The notes beneath the pieces are model-generated. The model was not told where the DNA came from. It did no database searches and saw only the letters and a program-made list of their open reading frames with translations. Shown here in pieces: positions 19,801-28,875 of a stretch of DNA of 36,243 bases. The stretch spans positions 156,505 to 192,747 of the forward strand of contig BLSG01000330.1 in assembly GCA_012862495.1 (NCBI GenBank), given 5' to 3'. The position numbers and the translations under genes are program-made. Within the stretch, counting starts at the first letter, position 1, and every line of letters starts with the position of its first letter. This DNA is from Thraustochytrium aureum. Taxonomy: Eukaryota.

Positions 19801-20978
19801 GCTCGGACAGCATTCCCGAGTGGGGAACGTGCAAGTTCAACTCTATTGCTTTCACGGCCGGCGACCTGAGCAAGGACTATTGCGGGTGCGACTTTGACGC
19901 AGAGGGCGCGTTCAACCACGCCGGGACGCCCACCGATTGGACCTCTGTGGACCTCACACTGGCGTGCGGTGGCATGTGGGCGCACGACGACCGAGCTGCT
20001 TTGGAGCAGACGTGCCAGAACATCTGCACGCAGGTCGACAACGACTCGGGGACTTGCACGGCGTGGTCAATCAACTGGAGCGACGGGGTGTGCTACCTGT
20101 GGACTTGCGAATCTGGCGTCGCTGCTTTCAGGGACGCCCCTGGACACTCTGCTGGGCTTCCCTGCAATAAGGACATGGCACATGGGCCCACTCCAGAGCC
20201 CACGAAGATGAGGCAGCGCCAACTCGCCGACGTGATCCCCTACTCTGGACGCGGCAACGTCGAAGGGCGCGAGCTGGAGCGCTCGCGACCCCTGCACTTG
20301 GTGAACTTTTACGTCCTGTTCCCGAGCCAGGAGACCCGGGAGGCGGCTCTGAGCACGATGGATTTGGAGGCCACCTCGCAGGCGCTGACTACGCAGCTGG
20401 AAGCCGACCCGGCCTTCGCGGGGACGTTCGTGCGCACGGCGGGCTTCTCGCTCGGCAAAACGTACCACGTCGACGACCTCCGCTTCCCCAAAACGGACTT
20501 TGACCCAATTGAGCACACGTCGCAGCAGTTCATGGACGCAGTCTGTCTGGCGTTGGAAAAGACTGTGGACACTACGAGCAATCTGAGCAGAGTCCGCTGC
20601 GGCAAGAAGTTGTTCATGAAGCGGTCGTTCGCCGACGCCGACGGCAAGCTCGTGATGCTGTACCGCATCGTCAATGTCGGTGCCGGCAAGATTCAGGACC
20701 TTCTCGCGTCCAGCAAGGGCCAAGCCATGTTCCAGAGACAGCTTAAGGCGTCCAAGTACGTCACGGTCAGCAAGCTCGAGGCCAGCTACGGCGGGTCAGA
20801 GGACCAGGTCGCGGAGGACGGCCTTCCGACAGCTGCAATCGTGGGCGCGGCGGCAGGGTTCGTGGGCCTCGCGGCGTTCGCTGCCTTCGTGGTTGTCCGC
20901 AAGCAGCAGCGCAAGCCCAAGGACGCTGACTTGGAACTGCACGACATGGTCGCCCACTACAAGGGCAACAGCGCTTGA
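16899..20978 (+). CDS. Large type I membrane glycoprotein: signal peptide, Cys-rich region, VWD-like domain, Pro/Thr mucin-like stalk, PAN/apple-like module, TM helix, short tail; gap 19106-19409
   Basis: First ATG 16899 followed by a hydrophobic leader; CTCYGDPNCVSFDG (VWD start motif); PTPEPT and PSPWPTGA repeats; CQNIC...CTAWS...CYLW; TM AAIVGAAAGFVGLAAFAAFVVV followed by RKQQRK. Confidence 0.88.
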   Translation: MRVKAQVLAGGAACAALGLAVEWVAGDCAAYTNVNDCRYADEACLWTIESVGGDTLKTTCEPCSAFNGQPALCASHTCAYNTESGACETAVPAIPQPDSPSLSTSTSALQGFALVEADDWALNGEQLSALESAAASLFGAETVWVSDDAPVSVESCGPAPLCGGTTQMVSLVNAWSYVPIPEMASCCPVKETQKTASCQTFVPGDSACRATGLSAAFCANDDSDRCRAIETDPDNTELVLSIGIEKSSRELTCCKSCTCYGDPNCVSFDGASASWRLCDGRDVTTRSCAITEHACTASKDHEGNDCKWKQDYHSHWRDGSKCQPDKAAGPSWLLMYEADSLQFWIRQEERGVIRDAHIVTASGNYTLAADACVSGSSFADSWVHSGGDGSPNAQMVAGWRRYSKRGLFDVSWTVFDADTNIQAKITCLGTKDKTSNRYGNYRLNIDSLVEPLEDYESQRELVGGFCHSSSLLHETHSLAAMESLMAHMEVDAKCSNAETISTQQEQLAVARLLCGSGTTLNSMNTCFGSFCVQYAFPYTTVDFCTNRLKSTNRQPEGFCSVVSSVASERTQCEQDIAEFGWEDVVTRFFETSVASEDGCVSSAKDLPTSLSECQAGITVQYQATFGDESSWKDYFALPRSSKLCGNKIRVTARTDKTLFTHPIRILQCSKSASCATTNACESEDGVKGSFEFDWPTPPPTPQPTLPTPEPTPPTPQPTLPTPQPTLPTPEPTPPTXXXXXXXXXXXXXXXXXXXXXXXXXXXXXXXXXXXXXXXXXXXXXXXXXXXXXXXXXXXXXXXXXXXXXXXXXXXXXXXXXXXXXXXXXXXXXXXXXXXXXXGIVTQPPRPTPEPTVPPPTNPTPEPTGPPTPEPTVPPTPEPTVPPTPEPTVPPTPKPTVPPQTSPKPSSAPSPWPTGAPSPWPTGAPSPWPTGAPSPWPTPSTMWPTGAPSPWPEYCEPECVAGTSAAQKRSDSIPEWGTCKFNSIAFTAGDLSKDYCGCDFDAEGAFNHAGTPTDWTSVDLTLACGGMWAHDDRAALEQTCQNICTQVDNDSGTCTAWSINWSDGVCYLWTCESGVAAFRDAPGHSAGLPCNKDMAHGPTPEPTKMRQRQLADVIPYSGRGNVEGRELERSRPLHLVNFYVLFPSQETREAALSTMDLEATSQALTTQLEADPAFAGTFVRTAGFSLGKTYHVDDLRFPKTDFDPIEHTSQQFMDAVCLALEKTVDTTSNLSRVRCGKKLFMKRSFADADGKLVMLYRIVNVGAGKIQDLLASSKGQAMFQRQLKASKYVTVSKLEASYGGSEDQVAEDGLPTAAIVGAAAGFVGLAAFAAFVVVRKQQRKPKDADLELHDMVAHYKGNSA
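18980..19752 (+). repeat. Coding minisatellites: PTP[EQ]PT-type repeats (partly in gap) and PSPWPTGA 24-bp repeats
   Basis: Repeated CCGACCCCG(C/G)AGCCGACG and CCATCGCCGTGGCC(T/G)AC(T/C)GG units; the assembly gap sits inside the array. Confidence 0.9.
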
Positions 20979-21712
20979 TTGACAGCCTCTGTAAACCAAT
21001 CCAACCCACGTGTGTCTTGCTCCTTCGCGGCAACGCCCTGCGGCCGTGCCCTGCGTGCGCGGGCGGAACGCCCCTGGTCTCTCCAGCTCGAGAGAGCGCT
21101 CTCCAAAGCTAGCTCGAGGCGCGCCGCCCCGGACTCTGCTGGAGCGGGCTGTAGGTAGCCGCGCGCGAGCNNNNNNNNNNNNNNNNNNNNNNNNNNNNNN
21201 NNNNNNNNNNNNNNNNNNNNNNNNNNNNNNNNNNNNNNNNNNNNNNNNNNNNNNNNNNNNNNNNNNNNNNNNNNNNNNNNNNNNNNNNNNNNNNNNNNNN
21301 NNNNNNNNNNNNNNNNNNNNNNNNNNNNNNNNGCTCTGCGGGAGGGCCGGCCGGCATCTGGGAGCAGCAGAGCCTGGAGGGAGCGAGAGGCGAGCGAGAA
21401 GAGAGTGCTCCGGAGGCTGGCGGAGCTCGTGGTGAGCTGCGCGGCGTGGGCGGCCAACGCGCATCCGCGTCGGGAGCTCAGGAGGCGGAAGGCCAGGCGC
21501 AGACCCTGGCTGGGGGATAGGGGCGCCGCGGGGAAGGCCAAGCGCGAAGGCGAGCGCGAGGCGAGGGTCGACGCCGAGTTGGCGCCGGATTGGTGACGCG
21601 GAAGGTGCAGGGCGAGGGATCGCCGCTCGCGGACGACGCTCCTGCGTTGCCCGCCGCGAAAGCGCAACGCACGAGCACGGCTGTCGATAGGGGGAAAGCA
21701 GAGCGAGCCAGG

Positions 21713-22594
21713 ATGGACCCGCGAGAGACGGTGAGCGGCGCGTTCGGGGCGTTTTGCTGCATTTCCGCCGGGCAGCCGTTCGACGTGGTCAAGGCGCGCC
21801 TGCAAACAGCCGCGGCTGGGACTGGCCCGTCTGGGCCATTACGCTGCGCGATCGAGACGGTCCAGCGCGAGGGCGCCGGGGCGCTGTTTAAAGGTTTTTC
21901 GCCAGCGCTGGCAAGTTCGATGACGGAGAACGTCGTGGTTTGGACCGTCAACTCGTTCTTGCGCACAAAGCTCGAGTCTCACGTGGACGAGGACGACTTT
22001 GAGATCAGCAACCATCAGCAGGCGCTCCTGGGCGCGCTTACTGGGGCGTGCTCGGCAATATGCATCTGCCCGGCTGAGGTGATCAAAGTCCGCCAGCAGA
22101 CGCGCACGACGCGCCCGAGTATGGGGGCCGTGCTGCGCGAAGTTCTGCAGCAGGCAGGGCCGCGTGGCTTATTCCTCGGGCTTGGCCCGCTGCTCTTGCG
22201 CGACGTGCCGTTCTACTTTTTGTTTTTTGGCGCGATGGAGACGTACTTTGACAAGGTGGCTGCCTTTGACGAGGAGAGCAGTACGGCTTCGAGCCTCGTC
22301 CACTCGGCTGTGGGCGGCGGGATCGCCGGCTCTTTTGCCTGGGCAATCGTGTTTCCGCTGGACGTCGTCAAGACGCGCCAGCAAGTGTACGGCGGGGGCA
22401 AGGCGTACACGACCCTGGAGACCCTGCGTGCAGTAACGCGCAAGCAGGGTTTGCGGGCGCTCTACAAAGGGTGGGTGCCCGCGGTTTTGCGCGGGTTTCC
22501 GGCGAACGGGGCGCTCGTTCTCGGCGTCCACGCCTGCCGCTTGGCCTTCGACGAGGTTGACTACTTGTCCGGCGCTGGCAGCAGCTCCAGCTAG
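21713..22594 (+). CDS. Mitochondrial carrier (SLC25), most like ornithine/basic amino acid or carnitine carriers
   Basis: Three Px[DE]xxK motifs (PFDVVK, PAEVIK, PLDVVK); TENVVVW, LLRDVPFYFLFFG and RGFPANGAL resemble SLC25A15/ORT1-type substrate contacts. Confidence 0.9.
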   Translation: MDPRETVSGAFGAFCCISAGQPFDVVKARLQTAAAGTGPSGPLRCAIETVQREGAGALFKGFSPALASSMTENVVVWTVNSFLRTKLESHVDEDDFEISNHQQALLGALTGACSAICICPAEVIKVRQQTRTTRPSMGAVLREVLQQAGPRGLFLGLGPLLLRDVPFYFLFFGAMETYFDKVAAFDEESSTASSLVHSAVGGGIAGSFAWAIVFPLDVVKTRQQVYGGGKAYTTLETLRAVTRKQGLRALYKGWVPAVLRGFPANGALVLGVHACRLAFDEVDYLSGAGSSSS

Positions 22595-22799
22595 CTCTCG
22601 CTTGCCCAACCTCGCGACCTCGCGCGGGCAATCTGCGCACCTCTCCGGAACAGAGACGGGGCTCTGCACACGTGATGACGGGGCTAGGCTCACCAGGAGC
22701 CGCGCCGTGTCCCGCTCAGGGCGTGCGAGTGGCCAGCGCGTGGTGAGCATGGGGCCTGTTCGTCCTGTTCCTGCCGTGCACGAGTGTCTCGGAATGTGC

Positions 22800-23062
22800 G
22801 AGACGACAGACGCAGACGACAGACAAAGACAGACAGACCACAGACACACACACAACGACTGCCAACGACAGACACAACAGACAGACAGACAGACAGAGAT
22901 AGCAGACAGACCGAGACAGACGCAGGAAGAATCACCCGCATCACCAGTCAGTCACCCGGCATCAAAGACAGACAGACAGTCATCAGACCAAGACAGGCAG
23001 CAGACCCCGAAGCAAGCCCCAAGAGGACCGCGCGAAACACAGACAGTCAGTGAGACAGACAG
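22800..23062 (+). repeat. Imperfect (GACA)n microsatellite immediately upstream of the PGDH start
   Basis: Many AGACAGACAGAC runs between 22805 and 23062. Confidence 0.85.
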
Positions 23063-23071
23063 AAAGGCGAG

Positions 23072-24544
23072 ATGGCCACCGTGGTACGCGGGATGCAGCT
23101 GCGCGGCGCGCTGGCCGCGCGGCGCGCAGCGGCCGGCCCGCTGAGGCTGAGCGGCGTGCGCGGGTTTGCGAGCGCACAAGAGGACATCAAGATGCTGGAG
23201 AAGCTGCTGGCTGAGGCAAGGAGCCGCGCCGAGGGCGCAGAGGGTGCCGCGAGCGGCGTCAAGCCCGAGTCGGAGGCCGGCCCCAAGTTCAACATCGGAA
23301 CCTTCAACGCCATTTCGCCCGAGGGGCTGAAGAAGTTCCCCACCCACAGGTACCAGACCCTCGCCATGCAAACCGACGAGTCCGCCAAAGAGGAGATCCA
23401 TGCCGTGCTCCTGCGAAGCCACAAGCTGTCGAGCTCCGACGTGCCGGACACCGTTCGGGCCATCGCGCGGTGCGGCTCGGGCACCAACAACATCGACGTC
23501 GCGGCCATGACCGAGCGCGGCATCCCGGTCTTCAACACCCCCGGCGCTAACGCCAACGCGGTCAAGGAGCTCGCCGTGTGCGGCATCCTCCTCGCCTCGC
23601 GCGGCATCGTCGAGGGCATCAACCACGTGCACAAGATCGTTGCGGAGGAAGGCCTCGAGCAGTTCCCCAAGATCAAGAAGCGCGTCGAGAGCGAGAAGAA
23701 GCTCTTTGTCGGCCGCGAGGTAAGCGGCAAGAAGCTGGGCATCGTCGGCCTGGGCCACATCGGCGCCAGCGTCGCGCAGACTGGTATCGCCCTCGGCATG
23801 GACGTCATGGGCTACGACCCGGCCATCTCGCTCGACGCCGCCTGGCGCCTGCCCGGTGACGTGCTGCAGCGCGCGAGCAGCCTCCGCGAGCTGTGCGAGT
23901 CGTGCGACTACATCTCGCTTCACGTCCCGTACATGAAGGAGACGCACCACCTCATCAACAGCGAGATGCTCAAAGTGATGAAGCCCACCGCTCACCTCGT
24001 CAACTTCGCGCGCGGGGAACTCGTCGACACCTCTGCCATGCGCTCGCTCTATGACTCTGGCGACCGCACCGGCCGCTACATTGCCGACTTTGCGGACGAG
24101 TTTCTGCACGACCACCCCAAGGTGGTTTTGATGCCCCACCTTGGCGCCTCCACCGCCGAGGCCGAGGAGAACGCCGCCAGCATGGCCGCCGCGGAGATCA
24201 TGGAGTTTATCGAGACTGGCACCATCGTGAACTCGGTCAACTTCCCAACGACCAAGCTCGACCGTCTCTCTGGCCCCAGCCGTCGCATCTGCATCGTCAA
24301 CCGCAACGTGCCCGGCATGCTCGGCCTCATCACCTCGACGCTTGGCAGCACCGGCGTCAACATCCAGCAGCAGATCAACACTTCGCGCGACGAGATTGCC
24401 TACAATGTTGTGGACATCAACGACACGCTCTCGGATGCGGAGCTTTCGGCCCTCCAAGCCGAGGTTGCCAAGCTCGACGGCGTCATCTCTTCGCGGATCA
24501 TCTCGTTCGGCAACGAGCGCCCGGGTTTCTTCAACGTGAACCGC
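23072..24544 (+). CDS. PHGDH: D-3-phosphoglycerate dehydrogenase (SerA with C-terminal ACT domain) with predicted mitochondrial presequence; stop hidden in gap
   Basis: RCGSGTNNIDV, FNTPGANANAVKE, GIVGLGHIG (NAD binding), NFARGELVD, PHLGASTAEAE, NSVNFP, and ACT-like NRNVPGML...YNVVD. Arg/Ala-rich acid-free leader ending RGFAS. Confidence 0.93.
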
Positions 24545-25273
24545 NNNNNNNNNNNNNNNNNNNNNNNNNNNNNNNNNNNNNNNNNNNNNNNNNNNNNNNN
24601 NNNNNNNNNNNNNNNNNNNNNNNNNNNNNNNNNNNNNNNNNNNNNNNNNNNNNNNNNNNNNNNNNNNNNNNNNNNNNNNNNNNNNNNNNNNNNNNNNNNN
24701 NNNNNNNNNNNNNNNNNNNNNNNNNNNNNNNNNNNNNNNNNNNNNNNNNNNNNNNNNNNNNNNNNNNNNNNNNNNNNNNNNNNNNNNNNNNNNNNNNNNN
24801 NNNNNNNNNNNNNNNNNNNNNNNNNNNNNNNNNNNNNNNNNNNNNNNNNNNNNNNNNNNNNNNNNNNNNNNNNNNNNNNNNNNNNNNNNNNNNNNNNNNN
24901 NNNNNNNNNNNNNNNNNNNNNNNNNNNNNNNNNNNNNNNNNNNNNNNNNNNNNNNNNNNNNNNNNNNNNNNNNNNNNNNNNNNNNNNNNNNNNNNNNNNN
25001 NNNNNNNNNNNNNNNNNNNNNNNNNNNNNNNNNNNNNNNNNNNNNNNNNNNNNNNNNNNNNNNNNNNNNNNNNNNNNNNNNNNNNNNNNNNNNNNNNNNN
25101 NNNNNNNNNNNNNNNNNNNNNNNNNNNNNNNNNNNNNNNNNNNNNNNNNNNNNNNNNNNNNNNNNNNNNNNNNNNNNNNNNNNNNNNNNNNNNNNNNNNN
25201 NNNNNNNNNNNNNNNNNNNNNNNNNNNNNNNNNNNNNNNNNNNNNNNNNNNNNNNNNNNNNNNNNNNNNNNNN

Positions 25274-28200
25274 TGCCTTGGCCTTTGCTTTGGCTTCTGC
25301 CTTGGCCTTTGCTTTCGCGGCCGCAGCGGCTTGTTGGCGAGCAAGGCGCTCGGCGCGCAACGCCGCGACGCGGCGACGCGCGGCCCACGTCCGCGCTGCG
25401 CTCTGCAATATGCGTACGGCTCGGTTTCGACGTCTAATCCTGCGTGCAAGCCTCTTGACGACCTGAAAGCGGCGCACGAGGGACTGGATACGGGTGGCAG
25501 CCAGCGTGATCTCGCGAAGGACGACGTGGTGTCTGAATGCGCGCTGAANGGTTTTCGCACAAGCGGCGCGCTTGTCCTCCTTTGCGATCTCGAGCGTGGT
25601 GCACGCCTGCTGGCGCAGGAACATGCGCGTCTTGCCAACCTGAAAGTCTCTGAAGGGGACGAGTCCGGCGTCTTCTGCAACGTGCGCGCACGCTCGTTTT
25701 AGCGTCTCCGTACCCCAGGTGGGAAGAAGCCGTCGCACCTTGGCCGGGAAGCGGTGCCTTGTAAGCACCGCGTAGCGCTCCACAAAGTCGCCAAACTCGT
25801 ACCGGCCAGGGAATCCGGCCTGCGCCACTTGCACGATTTGCATCACGCCAGAGTAGCTGAGCTGCTCCAGCAGTCGCTTGCGATCGACAAGCCCCGGCTC
25901 GTTTAGGTCGTTCGGTTTGAGGCAGCGGATAAAGTGCATCCTGCTGGCTTTGATGTTGGCCAGCGCAGAGAGGAGCTGAGCCTTGAAGTGCGAAGCCACG
26001 GTTTTCTGCTGCAAGCCCTGCGGGCGGCCGCCGCTTACAGTCTCGCTCGACCCCGGGGACCCAAGAGCGAGCGGTGAGCTGGCAGAGGCACGTCTGGAGC
26101 GCCCTCCGTGCGCACCCATCGGGCCGTGGTACGCCGAGCCGAGCCGGTTGTTAAAGTACGTCGCGATGTCTGCACCCCCGGCCGCCTCGTCAGCGATGGC
26201 GGGGAACAGGAGCGACACCAGTTTGTCCTTGGACGAGTTGACTAGGTCGACGGACTCTTGGCGCAGCTCGTTCTTGTTCTTGCGGTTAAAGTCGTGAGCC
26301 GAATAGGTGACTTGGCCAGCAAAGTGTCGCACGGTAAACTCAAAGCTCGCCCGCTGCTGGCGCGAGGGCGGCTCGAAGTGAGCAAACTTTTTGGGGAGGT
26401 GCGAGTACATCTTGTTGCACAAGGTCTGGTCGTTGCCCTGCGGGTACAAGCAGTTCTCGTCAAGCAGGGCCAGCAAGCCCATGGGCCGCGACTCTATCAT
26501 GTCCAGGCAGGCTTGGTTGTCCGGAAAGGCAATGTACGTCCAGTCAATCCCTTCTTGCTCGTACTCTGCTTGTTCGCGAGCGAGCACGAAATCGTTGAAG
26601 AGCTGCTGCAGTCGCTCGTTGCAGTAGTTTATACAAAACTGCTCGAACCCGTTGCGCTCGAAAACCTCAAACCCGAAAACGTCCAAAATGCCCACCTCAA
26701 AGGTCCTTCGCAAGGCGAGGCCCTCGCCAGGGCCGCCGCCGCTGGAGCTGCCTTGCTCGGAGGGAGCGGCGTGGGGCGAGCCAAGGCGTGGGCTTGCTGA
26801 AGTCGACGTTGTGGCAGCAAGACCCCTGTCGCGATGGGGATAACTGCGAGGGCGCCGCGAGGCAGGCTGCTTGGACAGCAACGTCTCGGTGGCATCGCCC
26901 GCGGTCGCGACTGCGCCGATGCTCGCATTGATGCGCCACACTAGCCAGCCAAACAGTCTCTCATACAACGCCATCGCCAGGGCGTCGCGAGCCTCCTCCG
27001 CCTGCTCGCACGACACGGCCTTTTCAATGGCTTCATCAGCGCGCTGCGCAAAGCTGAAAAGGTCGCGCCCGGCGGTGCCCTTGATGCGGATGATGCGCTT
27101 GCAGAGCGCCTTTTCCAGCGCGTCCGCGTCGAATCCCAGGAGAGTGCAGCACGCTGCGCAGGCCACCATCGAGTCCTGAGACGGGCAGACCCGCGAAGCA
27201 TCGCCGCCTTCCCCGACCGGCGCAAAGCGCACATTGCCAAGATGGAGTACGCCGGCAGCCACGTCCAACAGCTGGTCGATCTCTGCTTCCGTCAGGCCCA
27301 GGACCCGCATTGCTTGCACCGCGTCTTTGAAGCGCGCCGCGTCGGCTTGCCCGTCGAGCCAGAGGCCGGCCTCGTGCGTGATGTACCTAAAGCTGTGGAG
27401 CTCCTGCAAGCCCCATGCTTCNNNNNNNNNNNNNNNNNNNNNNNNNNNNNNNNNNNNNNNNNNNNNNNNNNNNNNNNNNNNNNNNNNNNNNNNNNNNNNN
27501 NNNNNNNNNNNNNNNNNNNNNNNNNNNNNNNNNNNNNNNNNNNNNNNNNNNNNNNNNNNNNNNNNNNNNNNNNNNNNNNNNNNNNNNNNNNNNNNNNNNN
27601 NNNNNNNNNNNNNNNNNNNNNNNNNNNNNNNNNNNNNNNNNNNNNNNNNNNNNNNNNNNNNNNNNNNNNNNNNNNNNNNNNNNNNGCCCGACTCACCGCT
27701 CACGAGCACGGTCTGGTTGGTGCCTCCAGACTCTACGACGTCGCGGTACGCCTGGGCGGCTATCGCGTAAACGTGCGGGCCGAGCTCCTGGCTTGCCCAG
27801 GTGGGCGAGTCGAGAAATTTGCGCACCGCCTTGCTGTTGTAGAGCCCTTTAATGCGTTTGTAGGGGTTGACGGCGAGCAAGACACGACCGCTGTATGTAT
27901 AGATCTGGTCCATTACGTATCTCTCATGCAGGGCACCCAAGAGCGCGGGCTCGTGCAGTGCGAGAAGCTGCGTGAGGTCGTCCACCAAACCGAGTTCATC
28001 TGCGCTTTCCACCATGCGGACTTCGCAGTCCCGCCTCCCGTTTACGATGCGTACGTCGCCAGTAAGCGCCCCGAGCGAGGACCCGACCTCCACGACGAGG
28101 TCGTTCACGCCGTAGTCGTCGGCTTTGGACTTTTTGCTATGCTTTCGCTTTTTGGCGTCTCCCGCCGCGGCTCGTTCGCGCCCGATGATCACGCCCTCTA

Positions 28201-28282
28201 CCCAGCAGAGCTCGTCATCGCGAACCCAAACCTTTGCGTTCTTCTTCAGCTTGGCGGGTACTGCGGCGCGGGCCGCCATCAT
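25274..28282 (-). CDS. Myosin heavy chain: N-terminal SH3-like region, motor domain, ~3 IQ motifs, AK-rich helix; C-terminus in gap 24545-25273, internal gap 27422-27685
   Basis: DDLTQLLALHEPALL, IYTYSGRVLLAVNPY, PHVYAIA, VLVSGESG, LHLGNVRF, GILDVFGFE, NYCNERLQQLFN, HFIRCLKPN, VGKTRMFLR; IQSLVRRF and LQSAARTW IQ motifs. Confidence 0.95.
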
Positions 28283-28875
28283 CGTTGACGAGAACGCCCA
28301 AGCGAGAGGCGTGTGCGGTGGGCAGCGCAGGCCTTGCGCGCGGCCCTGCCAAGGTGCGCCAGCCCGCAGCGACCCACGTATGGACCAGGGGTGCCTCTCC
28401 AGCGAGCGAGCGAGAGAGCAAGCGTGGCGAACGCGCAGAGCGCGCGCGACGCACGGTGGCGTGCCTTGTGGCTCTGCGCGCACGGGCAGCGGAGTGCAGT
28501 GGAGCGCACCGCCAACTTCTTGCTCTGGAACAGCTGCTAACGGCCAACAACTGCATGCTTCTGGCCGCGACTTGGAGCCTCGCGGGCCAATAAACTGACG
28601 TTGTGTACACGCGCTCGCCGATCGATGGTGCAGCGAATCCGGCGATGATGCACGGGCGCTGCTCACTTGTCGAGCGTGGCAGCCCAGCCGCCTGCCTTGG
28701 TTTATTGTGGTTTATTCATCGAGGCGTGGCTCGCGACCCAAACGACCAGCCACAACGCGCAAAGAAATACCTACGGTCTGTCTCAGACTGCCTGCCTCAA
28801 CCAGAGCTGCGCGAGGAAAGGAAGAAAGTCAATTGATCTGCCTTCTGGATGGGCTTGGGATGGGCTCGCTTCTTT

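Noticed and set aside
22952..28666. 1904-aa 'myosin fusion' ORF and the 876-aa PGDH ORF in the track
   Set aside because: Both read through N gaps. The extra segments are just the antisense of the convergent neighbour (PGDH or myosin).
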